From a virus (taxonomy: Duplodnaviria; Caudoviricetes): 64,000 nucleotides of DNA. The notes under the pieces were generated by a model. That model made no database searches and was not told the DNA's origin. It saw nothing but the letters and a program-made list of their open reading frames with translations. Below, one piece after another: positions 19,338 to 28,869 of this stretch. A program made the translations under genes and the position numbers. The first letter of the stretch is position 1, and every line of letters begins with the position of its first letter. The stretch is from the IMG/VR virus record IMGVR_UViG_3300037075_000004, positions 20,146-84,145 of that record; one strand, written 5' to 3'.

Positions 19338-20284
19338 TATTGGATCATCTCTTCCATTGTCTGCTCAAACGTAAATTCGGGAGACCACCCCAAGATAACT
19401 CTTGCGCGCGAAGAGTCTCCCCTGAGATAAGGTAGCTCTTCAGGACGCAGAAAGATGGGGTTTTGAACTACATAATCTTTGTAATCTAACCCTAAGCAAC
19501 TAAATACATAGTCACACATTTCTCGCACGGAATGCGTCTCCCCTGTTGCTATCACAAAATCATCTGCCCTAACATGATTGAGTATAGCGTACATGGCCCG
19601 CACATAGTCCTTAGAGTTGCCGATGTCCCGATACGAATCCATATTACCTAGTTCGAGTTTAGTCTTTAGCCCAAGTTTTATTTCTACGGCAGTCTTAACA
19701 ATTTTCTGGCATACAAAATTAGACCCCCTGCGGAACCCGGAATGATTGAACAATATCCCCACACAGGCAAACAATCCGTACGCACGCCTGTAATGTCTCA
19801 CGAGATTTATGGATGCTACTTTAGAGATACCGTAGGGGCTAGTCGGAACGAATGGGGTAGTCTCTCTCTGATATTTGTCGTCATCTACTGACAATCCGAA
19901 GCACTCACTCGACCCGGCAAAGTAGAGGTGGGCATCGGGGGCATACTTACGATACGCCTCAAGTACATTCAATGTCCCCACAAAATTGGTCTGCATGACA
20001 AAGGTAGGCATGGAGAAGGAGATTTTTACGTGACTCATGGCTGCGAGGTGGAATATGTAATCAGGTTTAACTAATTCCATTACCTCGTTCACTGATATTG
20101 GGTCTGTCACATCTCCATAGTGGGTATGAATATTGTCTTTGACGGCATCGAGCCGATAGGCTTGGTTCTCTGCCACCGAATGCCTCCTGACAATCCCATG
20201 TACCTCGTGCCCTAACGAGAGCATATAGTCAGTCAGGTTAGCCCCATCCATCCCAGATATGCCCGTTATCAGTATTTTAGCCAT
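19310..20284 (-). CDS. gmd: GDP-mannose (or GDP-heptose) 4,6-dehydratase
   Basis: ILITGISGMDG, HLAAMSHVKISF, SSECFG, SPYGISK, FNHSG, LGNMDSYRDIG, EMIQY. Start moved from the track value (20368) to MAKIL at 20284. Confidence 0.93.
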   Translation of the reverse strand: MAKILITGISGMDGANLTDYMLSLGHEVHGIVRRHSVAENQAYRLDAVKDNIHTHYGDVTDPISVNEVMELVKPDYIFHLAAMSHVKISFSMPTFVMQTNFVGTLNVLEAYRKYAPDAHLYFAGSSECFGLSVDDDKYQRETTPFVPTSPYGISKVASINLVRHYRRAYGLFACVGILFNHSGFRRGSNFVCQKIVKTAVEIKLGLKTKLELGNMDSYRDIGNSKDYVRAMYAILNHVRADDFVIATGETHSVREMCDYVFSCLGLDYKDYVVQNPIFLRPEELPYLRGDSSRARVILGWSPEFTFEQTMEEMIQYWYDYYLKR

Positions 20285-20516
20285 TAACCACCTCCCTTGT
20301 TGATGGGTCTGCACCAAAATGTCTGCGGTAGACAGTACTCCCATCTCTTTCGTAAATCCATTCGTCACTTTGGACGAGATTCCTAGTCAGGGATTCCACC
20401 CATTTATCTCTCATATGCTTCATACCTTTTATAAATCCGTCTATCTCTGGCCCGGTTTCCTGCATCGTGCCGGTATAGACTTCGTTTTCAATTTCTTGAT
20501 CTGTCGGTGGTCTCAT
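20277..20516 (-). CDS. hypothetical protein
   Basis: 79 aa, overlaps both neighbours. Confidence 0.55.
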   Translation of the reverse strand: MRPPTDQEIENEVYTGTMQETGPEIDGFIKGMKHMRDKWVESLTRNLVQSDEWIYERDGSTVYRRHFGADPSTREVVNG

Positions 20517-21124
20517 AATATATGTTTAAAAACTGTCATCTTAGTTAAGTCTGGCCAATCTGTTATTACCCATTTCTTTGGCGGGGTTTCGATGGCCTCC
20601 GGTAATTTCCACAGACCCTTCTCTGCGGTCTCCGGGGGTAGATAATAGTGGTATCCGATAGAGTCGATGTTTTGCTCTCTCCACGGCACACCCGGCAATC
20701 TCCCATCATATGACATCTTCTTTAATTTTAGCCACGCATCCTCATCATCAAATAAGATCATCCCTCCCCGCCCGAGACTGAGATGCTTCTGAAACTGGAA
20801 GCTAACAGACATGAATGTACCGGAAATATAACTATTCTTTCTCCATAATACGGCAGCATCCGCCACCTTGTCCGTCAGAAAATAATAATCCTGCCAATCG
20901 TTATCCTCCCATATTAATCTGATATTCATCTTATAGGCAAGGAAGGGGATAGATAGGTATGTTCTATAGGGGACATATATCTCTTTTGCCCCAGTATATC
21001 TTAGTGATAGTTCTATCCCGTGCGTACATGAGTCCACCGCCACGGCATATGGCGCCCCAAAGAACTCAGCAATCTTCTCCTCAAAGAGTCTTACACTATT
21101 GTAATCTACCTTTCTTAGTTCCAT
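20513..21124 (-). CDS. DegT/DnrJ/EryC1/StrS PLP-dependent sugar aminotransferase (short form)
   Basis: FEEKIAEFFGAPYAVAVDSCTHG, DAA, SFQFQKHLSLGRGGMI, GYHYY; only 203 aa. Confidence 0.85.
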   Translation of the reverse strand: MELRKVDYNSVRLFEEKIAEFFGAPYAVAVDSCTHGIELSLRYTGAKEIYVPYRTYLSIPFLAYKMNIRLIWEDNDWQDYYFLTDKVADAAVLWRKNSYISGTFMSVSFQFQKHLSLGRGGMILFDDEDAWLKLKKMSYDGRLPGVPWREQNIDSIGYHYYLPPETAEKGLWKLPEAIETPPKKWVITDWPDLTKMTVFKHIL

Positions 21125-21882
21125 TATAGTCTGTGTACTTTAGTTATTGTATCTGAGAATATTATCGCAGCATTGGCGAGGTTGCTCACCCTGCACAAGA
21201 ACTGACATCCCTTACCGAGTAGTAGCATCTCGACAAACGCTTCCTCCCAAAGTAGGGGATTGGTAAAGTTCTTGACATGCATAGAATCGTCCTTAAACAC
21301 CTCCTTCTTCTCCCTGAACCTGCAATCGTAGTATACCACATTACCGAAAACCTTTCCTATTCTGTCTATCGACTCCATGTTGTCCGATGCCACAAATATT
21401 CTGTCGATATCTTCAGTTTGTAGTATCTCGCCTATCTTGGCAATGTAATCATCGGTACCGAACACCCCAAACTCAGGATGGTATAGGTTCATATCGGCAG
21501 TCCTCACATGCACAGAAAGGGTCTTTGATGTCATGTTCTCGCTATAGAACTTATCAACCTTATCGGTTATGTAACTTTTAACCTTTACCAGCCTCCTCAC
21601 ATCCTGCATCTTGGGGAATAGTGGAGATTTCTCTATCGGCCCCAAGCCTATGGTGTCTACCTTGCTATACGTTCCCGGGTTGTAGCAATGGAAGTCTACG
21701 AAACTATCATCCTTCCACTGATCGAATATCCAATCGAAAGGATTACCCTTTATGTTATCGTTCTGTGAAGTGTAATAAACGCCCTCCACCGCCTCGTTTT
21801 GATTGACAGCGTGGGGTAACATGAGCATAAACTGGCAATAGATACCCTTAAAGCCTCTCGGTAGTATCAAATTAATCTTCAT
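21124..21882 (-). CDS. NodZ/GT23-like fucosyltransferase-fold enzyme
   Basis: SVHVRTAD, IFVASDN, EAFVEMLLLGKG..F....SN. Confidence 0.7.
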   Translation of the reverse strand: MKINLILPRGFKGIYCQFMLMLPHAVNQNEAVEGVYYTSQNDNIKGNPFDWIFDQWKDDSFVDFHCYNPGTYSKVDTIGLGPIEKSPLFPKMQDVRRLVKVKSYITDKVDKFYSENMTSKTLSVHVRTADMNLYHPEFGVFGTDDYIAKIGEILQTEDIDRIFVASDNMESIDRIGKVFGNVVYYDCRFREKKEVFKDDSMHVKNFTNPLLWEEAFVEMLLLGKGCQFLCRVSNLANAAIIFSDTITKVHRL

Positions 21883-22396
21883 ATCCTAGTTCTTTAGCGA
21901 GTTCCATTATTTTAGTCCCGTCAATCTTCTTGACCAACTTGGCGGGGTTGCCTTTGTAAATCCCCCATTCCTCAGTATCTCCTATGAGCAGACTGCCCGC
22001 CGATAACAGCACGCCTTTTCTCAGTCTTGTCCCTGGTAGTACGATAGCGTTTGTCCCGATATTGGAGAACATCTCCATGATGACGGGTTTGATGATCTGC
22101 TTCCCCTTGAGGTGTGCCGGGATCATGGCACCAAACAGGCCACTATCATCGAACCTGTCGGAACCACATATTATTCGTGCTCCCGCCATGATATTATTGA
22201 ACCCGAGAGCCTGAAAGAATCCCTCATCCCCGCCAATGCAAGTAACATAAGGCGATATATGAACATAATTACCGATATTGAATGCCGTTGTACAGTAGAA
22301 TCCCCTGTCTATTGAACAGTGATTGCCCACTCTTGCAAGTTCGGGATGCTTAAAGTACACATCCACATCTATCCGTACATCGCTACCGCTTACCAT
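21872..22396 (-). CDS. hexapeptide-repeat O-acyltransferase
   Basis: VGNHCSID, IGNYVHIS, IGTNAIVLPG, GNPAKLVK. Confidence 0.85.
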   Translation of the reverse strand: MVSGSDVRIDVDVYFKHPELARVGNHCSIDRGFYCTTAFNIGNYVHISPYVTCIGGDEGFFQALGFNNIMAGARIICGSDRFDDSGLFGAMIPAHLKGKQIIKPVIMEMFSNIGTNAIVLPGTRLRKGVLLSAGSLLIGDTEEWGIYKGNPAKLVKKIDGTKIMELAKELGYED

Positions 22397-22398
22397 CG

Positions 22399-23199
22399 TT
22401 ATTTATTTTCTGCTAGTATCTCTGTTATCTTGGCCTTTAGCGTATCCCCGTAGGGGGTGAACTTGGATGCCCGGGCAAAGTTATCCTCTATAGCATCTAT
22501 TCTCTTGGCATAATCATCTTCTGTAAGTCCGTTACATACCGCTATCATCTCATCTACATTACGGCATTCATATATGCCGTCCATATTGAAGAAATCTCCA
22601 ATATTGGGAGTGCCGTAATGTATCGGTATCGTCTTCGACATGAAACAATCAACAATCTTCTCCGTGAAACAGTTTCTTATGCAGACATTCTCTATGGCGA
22701 TATGAAACTGAGAATCGAATAATGGTTCCTTACTACTCCCGAGGATCGGGTTATTGCTATAGTCGGCACCCTGATATCTCTTGTGGGAACTAAGATAAAA
22801 TGCCTTAGGGATGGATATCTCTCCCCGTCTTGCCCATAGTTCATGCCTCTTGGCATATCCCGGGAATCCCCTGTCGGCTTTCCCTCCTACGACTGTCGAC
22901 ACGCCAAAGGTATGCGTTCTCTGTTTGTTAGGATCAATCCATGTACTGAGCCCCATATAATATCTTGCCTTGGGGTTATTATCAAGTATCTCCTGATGGT
23001 AGGTCAGCACATAGTCATAAAACTCAGTATGCCCCATCACCTCGCCATTTAACTTCATGTTGGGTTCCTGTAATATGATTATGCGGATAGTCCCTTCTGG
23101 CGGGAAGTCCCGCTTAAAATGATCCACCAGTATCTCGATCTGTTTGTCGGTATCGAGATCAATCATTAGATTCCAGTTTGCCCTTACCGTTATGCTCAT
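22399..23199 (-). CDS. GT10-like (alpha-1,3-fucosyltransferase-fold) enzyme
   Basis: FHIAIEN...FTEKIVDCFMSKTIPIHYG. Confidence 0.8.
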   Translation of the reverse strand: MSITVRANWNLMIDLDTDKQIEILVDHFKRDFPPEGTIRIIILQEPNMKLNGEVMGHTEFYDYVLTYHQEILDNNPKARYYMGLSTWIDPNKQRTHTFGVSTVVGGKADRGFPGYAKRHELWARRGEISIPKAFYLSSHKRYQGADYSNNPILGSSKEPLFDSQFHIAIENVCIRNCFTEKIVDCFMSKTIPIHYGTPNIGDFFNMDGIYECRNVDEMIAVCNGLTEDDYAKRIDAIEDNFARASKFTPYGDTLKAKITEILAENK

Positions 23200-23612
23200 T
23201 CAATAAATGTTTTATCGTTTTCCTGCCCGAGATAGGGGCCGGTTTTAAATTCGAGGATTTTGCTCGGATCGCTAAGCACCTTATAGGTGTGACCGCCATA
23301 GAGAGTAAATGATGTATCCCCCTCATAAAGTATTGGTTCGGCTATGATAGTATCATCCAGATCATAAAGAATACACTTAACTCGTCCCTTAATGACGTGC
23401 CATGCTTCCTGTGCGATCTTATCGGCATAACTGACTTCATGTTCTATGTGCTTATGGGGTCGGAATGTCTTACCGGCATTATGACTCATGGCGGCACATT
23501 GCAGAAACCCGTTAACGGGTAATATGTCGATCCTCCCATCTTGGAAATCGTATAGTCTCCATACCACATGAAGGAGTAATCCTTCTTCCACTTTAGAATA
23601 TATCTTCTCCAT
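23196..23612 (-). CDS. WbuC-like cupin
   Basis: FRPHKH, QEAWHVIKG, GGHTY, LEFKTGPY. Confidence 0.75.
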   Translation of the reverse strand: MEKIYSKVEEGLLLHVVWRLYDFQDGRIDILPVNGFLQCAAMSHNAGKTFRPHKHIEHEVSYADKIAQEAWHVIKGRVKCILYDLDDTIIAEPILYEGDTSFTLYGGHTYKVLSDPSKILEFKTGPYLGQENDKTFIE

Positions 23613-24235
23613 TATTTTAAGTGTGCTACTAATATGTCATTGGGTACATCGTGATCTTCGTAAGAAAGTGTGTAGTTGGGATTTATCTTCAGCAGGGCGT
23701 CAATTATATCCTGCGAATAGAACCCGTAAAAGTTCTTACATGGGTACAGTTCGCATCTGCAAACGGGTTTGCCATCTAAAGGCTTGCTCCAACATCTCAT
23801 ATCATCTATCATTATCGTATGGGTATTAAGAGAATGTTTTTCTATCTGCATCAGTTCTATCATTAGCGGGGTGCAATATTTCCCGATAGCCGTATCACCC
23901 TTTGAGTAATGCCCATCAAGCCAGAATGTTATAGGTTCGCGAATATCCCTGATTACATATTTGAGCATCTTGCTTGAATCACCCTGATAAATCTTAACCT
24001 TCTTATTATCCCTGAATCGCTCCCGCGCCAAAGCACAATACTTCTCCGATAGTTCGATAGACATAACATTCTCAAATCCTGCATCCAGTGCAAGTTGCAC
24101 CGAATCCCCGATATAGGTACCTGTTTCTACGAAGTACTTATTTGGGTACTTGGCGAAAACATTCTCTTTTAATTTTTTATAGGTTACCTCCATCATTTCT
24201 TTAATTCGTGGCATTCCCATACCCAATCGTAGCAA
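23612..24235 (-). CDS. class I SAM methyltransferase
   Basis: FVETGTYIGD, SIELS, QGDS, FWLDGHYS, MIDD. Confidence 0.75.
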   Translation of the reverse strand: MLRLGMGMPRIKEMMEVTYKKLKENVFAKYPNKYFVETGTYIGDSVQLALDAGFENVMSIELSEKYCALARERFRDNKKVKIYQGDSSKMLKYVIRDIREPITFWLDGHYSKGDTAIGKYCTPLMIELMQIEKHSLNTHTIMIDDMRCWSKPLDGKPVCRCELYPCKNFYGFYSQDIIDALLKINPNYTLSYEDHDVPNDILVAHLK

Positions 24236-24801
24236 TAGACTTCATCATGTGTCTCAGACAGCCATTTGCGGATAATATTACGCTTAATCTCCGCGTTTTT
24301 AACCCAAGGATGAAACTGCATCTGAAGTCTCTTTATTTTAGTTATTTTATCATTTATTAAAAGTCTAAATAATATATCATATTCCATCCCTTCTATGTTG
24401 ATGTTGGCTAAATCAATTTTATCATAATCATCTATTTCATCATTTATATCAAGCAAAATCACTCCCTCTGTTTCGGTGGATTGGTATGCGTATCTTCGGG
24501 ATGAATCTTCGTTAGAAGCGAAGGGCGCCCCTTCTTCGATGTGGTCACTAAGACCATAATTATGACAATATAATTTAATATTACATAACGCTCTATTCTT
24601 CAAAATATCGTAATTTTTAGTCATGGGTTCATAAACATCCACCCAACACCCATATTTCTGATTAATAGCAATCGCCCAATCACCATGATATCCCCCAACC
24701 TCCCAAACATAAGAATCATTATTTAGCGGATGATCGAGCAATAATGTATTATCACCATCATCGGCACGCCATCTTTCAAGTTCCTTGCTATTATCTATCA
24801 T
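24193..24801 (-). CDS. FkbM-family methyltransferase
   Basis: WEVGGYHG, YEP, NINIEGMEY, LQMQFH. Confidence 0.8.
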   Translation of the reverse strand: MIDNSKELERWRADDGDNTLLLDHPLNNDSYVWEVGGYHGDWAIAINQKYGCWVDVYEPMTKNYDILKNRALCNIKLYCHNYGLSDHIEEGAPFASNEDSSRRYAYQSTETEGVILLDINDEIDDYDKIDLANINIEGMEYDILFRLLINDKITKIKRLQMQFHPWVKNAEIKRNIIRKWLSETHDEVYCYDWVWECHELKK

Positions 24802-25472
24802 ATCTTGCGTAAAAAGTCGTAATCAACATAAAATTTGAACACATCACTTATCCCTGCCCTCTGAAATGCCAAATTTGGGCTAAAACAGAAGGAATTAGAC
24901 ACTTTCTGTAGCCCAGCAAGGATTATGTCGTCTTGAGGCTCAAGTGGCTCTAATGCCTTTAAAACAGCGTTAAACACGGTATTTCTCAAGGCGAAGGCAT
25001 GGGTAGCGTAAGTATTGGTTATTTTTATCACATGATCTGATATCTTTGGCGGGTTTTCGCCATTGTGGTTGCCTCCGATCCATAGCATATCCCAGTTTTC
25101 GGGGACTTCCTTGCTCCACTCGGCAAACTTATTGTTAAAATCCTCCGCAAACTCCACGTCATCCTCCAATATCAGCACGCTATCGTAATTTCTCTCTACC
25201 GCCAGCTTAACTATCCCGATCTTGCTAAGACAGTTACCGACACTCCCCCTCGGAACCTTATAATTGAATGGTTCTATGAGATTGCCGTCCACAGCGGGGA
25301 ATCTCTCGACATCGAGTCCCCACTTGGCGAACTCTTTCTGTGACAGTTCCCACTTATCGAGGCACCCGTCAAGGTTCACACAGAAAATATGACTAAAAAA
25401 CTCATTCATCCTTCGTAAGTAATATACCATCAAGAATATACCATTGCGGATGTGACAATTTCCACCCGGCAA
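24798..25472 (-). CDS. GT25-family glycosyltransferase
   Basis: FCVNL, RFPAVDG, GNCLSK, LILEDD, THAFA; the real start may be MNEFF at about 25409. Confidence 0.82.
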   Translation of the reverse strand: MPGGNCHIRNGIFLMVYYLRRMNEFFSHIFCVNLDGCLDKWELSQKEFAKWGLDVERFPAVDGNLIEPFNYKVPRGSVGNCLSKIGIVKLAVERNYDSVLILEDDVEFAEDFNNKFAEWSKEVPENWDMLWIGGNHNGENPPKISDHVIKITNTYATHAFALRNTVFNAVLKALEPLEPQDDIILAGLQKVSNSFCFSPNLAFQRAGISDVFKFYVDYDFLRKI

Positions 25473-26052
25473 ACACCTCCTTCACCATTTCCTCCCAGTT
25501 TTCATGGCACCCGGGGTTCTCTATGAGAAAAACATACTCATTGGATGCTTTTTTCATGTTAGCGAGTGCATTGATAGCATTCTCGGTGCTCAGGTGCATA
25601 ACCACGGCCTGCGAGAACACAAAATCGAAAGTCCTGTCGGGTATTTCCTTCGTTATATCCATCACTTTCACGTTCTGATAGATATTATCTGGCAAGCTCA
25701 TGTACCACTTCCCTATGTCTATCTGACTCTGCGATATGTCGATGCCATACAATTCGGCCTTGGGTACTATTAATGGCAGGTTAGCAAGCTGATAGCACAT
25801 CCCACAACCCACCTCAAGGATACTTTGGGGTTGTAACAGATATAATAGAGCATAAAGTTCCCTAGAATTATTGTGGATATTACAACCCGCCCTAAAGGAA
25901 AGATCATCTCCCTTAATCAGATCATCGGGATTGACAAAAAAATCAAATGACTTATCCCGTAATACTTCTACTACTTGCCGGAGATAACTATCTCCCGTAT
26001 ATGTAACCCAATTCCAATCGTCTTTTTCTTTCATACCTTTATCCAGTGCCAC
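25402..26052 (-). CDS. class I SAM methyltransferase
   Basis: ILEVGCGMC, YGIDISQ, FDFVFSQAVVMHL. Confidence 0.82.
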   Translation of the reverse strand: MALDKGMKEKDDWNWVTYTGDSYLRQVVEVLRDKSFDFFVNPDDLIKGDDLSFRAGCNIHNNSRELYALLYLLQPQSILEVGCGMCYQLANLPLIVPKAELYGIDISQSQIDIGKWYMSLPDNIYQNVKVMDITKEIPDRTFDFVFSQAVVMHLSTENAINALANMKKASNEYVFLIENPGCHENWEEMVKEVFAGWKLSHPQWYILDGILLTKDE

Positions 26053-26825
26053 GGCACTATGTCTTTTGCTCTATTATTATCATCTCCAAACCATCTCTCG
26101 GGTGCAATCGTCCTTTTATCGACGTTCTGTCCGATCCAGGCCGCCCACCATGAGAATGAACTATTTGCAATTATATGATGAGTACACCTCGACTGTAAGA
26201 AAAGGCAAATATAATCAGTATCTTCGACAAATACAAACTTTTCCCCAATAAAATTTTCTCTGCACCAGGTCATGTCGTCACTTACCACGATATACCGTTC
26301 AATACCATAGGGTCGCAGGTACTCCATTGCCCGGTTATAGTAATCCATGTCACATGGCGGGTGTATATGGGCCAGTTGGACATAATTGCCCCTGCGTACA
26401 TGAATGGAACAGGTTGTACCCTTAAGTAAATCATCGTATTTTGAGAGTCTGGCGCTGATATCGTCCGATGGTTCCAACGATTTTAGTACAAAATCCCGGT
26501 AGTGTGCAAAATAACTCTCACTCTGGAAATATCCCACATATCTCGTATCGTCCTCGGCAATTATCCTCCTATATTCAAAAGGTACTCTTACTATTCTCTT
26601 TGGCGGGACTGCCCAATCCTGATTTTTTCTCAAGTCCAAATTCTTAAATATAGTGAGATATTCTCTTGCGTGCGTAGTCCATGCCGTCTGCCTACTCAAC
26701 ATCTCGATAAAATTATCAATGTCGGCATAATAAACATCCGTGCCTATTTCCTGCGCCATGACCTCTATGGTTGCAATCTGGAACATTTGATTCCCAATCC
26801 CGCCCATGAGTTCGATACTAAGCAT
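26031..26825 (-). CDS. GT11 alpha-1,2-fucosyltransferase-fold enzyme
   Basis: MGGIGNQMFQ, GYFQSE, SIHVRRGNY, VSDD, IIANSSFSWWAAW. Confidence 0.9.
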   Translation of the reverse strand: MLSIELMGGIGNQMFQIATIEVMAQEIGTDVYYADIDNFIEMLSRQTAWTTHAREYLTIFKNLDLRKNQDWAVPPKRIVRVPFEYRRIIAEDDTRYVGYFQSESYFAHYRDFVLKSLEPSDDISARLSKYDDLLKGTTCSIHVRRGNYVQLAHIHPPCDMDYYNRAMEYLRPYGIERYIVVSDDMTWCRENFIGEKFVFVEDTDYICLFLQSRCTHHIIANSSFSWWAAWIGQNVDKRTIAPERWFGDDNNRAKDIVPWHWIKV

Positions 26826-27693
26826 ACCTACTGATGAGTTGAAATTTATATTCTATGACACTTGTCTTGCTCTCCACGGGAAGTGCCTCAAATTCTTTCG
26901 CTATCCTCACCATATCTAGGAGATGAGGATTGGTGTTAACCGTTGACGGGTGACATAGATGAAATACTTCAACAACAGGATCGTCACACATCCCCACTTT
27001 CGTATACAACGATATTTTGTGCCAGAAGAACCTATCCTCTGGCGAGTATCCGACAAATAACTCCGGGTCATATCCCCCCACCGCAAAGAACAGTCGTCTT
27101 GATAATGTGATCGACCCTCCGGGGGCTTCGCCCTTAACGGTATATATTCCCTTGCTGTTTATATTTAGGTTATCGACATCCACCTTGCCCGATATTAAGT
27201 CCGGTGTGAGGCGGTGATCGCAATACAGCACCCGCCTTGCATTGAACGACTGTACTGCCGATGTCTCTTTTTTTTCTATATTATCTAATACTCCGTGGTA
27301 GAAATTCTTTTGAACAAGGCAATCGAGGTCATGGCATATTATCCACTTGCTCTTGGGAGTTACAAAAACCCCGATATTGAACGCCAGACACTTGTTGAAA
27401 GCCCCCTCATCCTGTATCCACACATAGTTAATCCCGTGCATGAGGCAGGTATTATAATGCCTCGCAACATTATCGTGCTCTACAACAGTCAGTTGGATGA
27501 GTAAACCCTTATCATCTGCACTCTTTAGTGAACAAAGTAGTGGTGAGAGAAAGTCCATCCTACCCCGTACCGGTACCACCACATTAATGTCGTAATACAG
27601 ATCATCGTTGTATAAGATATGAATGCTGGCATTCTTTAGCACACTATCGTAGTCTACTGCGTTATCCTTGATCTTTTGGAGTAGTTTATTCAT
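26818..27693 (-). CDS. GT2/GT7-like glycosyltransferase
   Basis: VVVPVRGR, FNKCLAFNIG, HDLD, GGYDPELFVGYSPEDRFF, FHLCH. Confidence 0.8.
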   Translation of the reverse strand: MNKLLQKIKDNAVDYDSVLKNASIHILYNDDLYYDINVVVPVRGRMDFLSPLLCSLKSADDKGLLIQLTVVEHDNVARHYNTCLMHGINYVWIQDEGAFNKCLAFNIGVFVTPKSKWIICHDLDCLVQKNFYHGVLDNIEKKETSAVQSFNARRVLYCDHRLTPDLISGKVDVDNLNINSKGIYTVKGEAPGGSITLSRRLFFAVGGYDPELFVGYSPEDRFFWHKISLYTKVGMCDDPVVEVFHLCHPSTVNTNPHLLDMVRIAKEFEALPVESKTSVIEYKFQLISRYA

Positions 27694-28217
27694 TTCTTCA
27701 GTTCTTTAACTACATAATGGAGTATCATGGAATGAATGCTCTCCACGGTTTCCATATCGTCAAGCGGAACATGGACATTAATATCGCATAGGTTCTTCAG
27801 TGTTCCCCCGTCAAAACCCGTAAGAGCCACAACCCTCAGTCCAAACTTTCTACATTTACTTGCCAGACTAAGAACATTGGCACTCTTGCCTGATCCGCTG
27901 AGAACCACCGCCAATGTCTTTTCCGTCACCCCCATCCTATCCGCTATATTTGTCAGTGCGCTACCGTAACTATCATCATTGGAATATGCAGTCAGTAGTC
28001 CCGTGTTATCAGTAAGACATATAGCTTTTATATGGCATCCTTTCATAAGGTCTTGTGCAAAATGAGATGCCGTAGCTGATGACCCTCCATTCCCCGCAAC
28101 AATTACATGGTCACTATCCCTTATTGCCTTGATAAACCCGTAAACCGATTCTGCATCTATTTGTTTTAACACAGCACCAAAATATCCGCTATAGTCCTGA
28201 AAATTCATCATTTGCAA
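27690..28217 (-). CDS. gmhA: phosphoheptose isomerase (SIS domain)
   Basis: AGNGGSSATASHFAQDL, AYSND, LSGSGKSANV, ALTGFDGG, ESIH. Confidence 0.88.
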   Translation of the reverse strand: MQMMNFQDYSGYFGAVLKQIDAESVYGFIKAIRDSDHVIVAGNGGSSATASHFAQDLMKGCHIKAICLTDNTGLLTAYSNDDSYGSALTNIADRMGVTEKTLAVVLSGSGKSANVLSLASKCRKFGLRVVALTGFDGGTLKNLCDINVHVPLDDMETVESIHSMILHYVVKELKK

Positions 28218-28869
28218 GTTTTAAGTCTTCTAATGTCCCAATGTCTCTTAGATAATCACTTATGAGATATACTCCCATATTGCCTATGTACATGGGTAAT
28301 AGGTCATATGCTATATCTTTGCCGGGGATGCTGTCAAGCACACCCCGCTCCATGACATACACTCCCGCATTGACATAATCAGACCTGGGTTCCTTGGGTT
28401 TCTCCTGAAAATCCACCACGGTTATCCCGTTATGTACGACAATACCCCTACCCATCACATCATCCATCTGTTTTGCCGACATTGTTATTGGGTAGGTATG
28501 TCCTCTGTGCCACCATAAAAGATCGGTCAGATCAAGGTTGGTTAATACATCCGCATAGGCTACAAAAAAATCCTCCCCGTTTTTAATAAACGACCTATTC
28601 TCCCGTAGTGTTCCTGCCGAACCAAGCAGAGATTCCTCATACACGATCTTGAACTGACATTTTCTCCAATGGGTAGCGAGATATCTTTCTACCTGGTCGG
28701 CATGATGATGGACATTCACGAGGACTTCCGTTACGCCATGTTTTTCAAATAGTTTACCCCACCAATAGAGAAGGGGTCTGCCTTGCACCGTGGCAAGACA
28801 TTTGGGTATTGTATCAGTCAGGGGTGCCAATCTCGTCCCGAGACCTGCCGCCAAGAGAAATGCTTTCAT
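28189..28869 (-). CDS. hddC: sugar-1-phosphate nucleotidyltransferase (HddC-like)
   Basis: LLAAGLGTRL.P.TDTIPK, LGSAG, YAD, FQEKP, VNAGVY, DIGT; sits between gmhA and the GHMP kinase. Confidence 0.75.
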   Translation of the reverse strand: MKAFLLAAGLGTRLAPLTDTIPKCLATVQGRPLLYWWGKLFEKHGVTEVLVNVHHHADQVERYLATHWRKCQFKIVYEESLLGSAGTLRENRSFIKNGEDFFVAYADVLTNLDLTDLLWWHRGHTYPITMSAKQMDDVMGRGIVVHNGITVVDFQEKPKEPRSDYVNAGVYVMERGVLDSIPGKDIAYDLLPMYIGNMGVYLISDYLRDIGTLEDLKLANDEFSGL

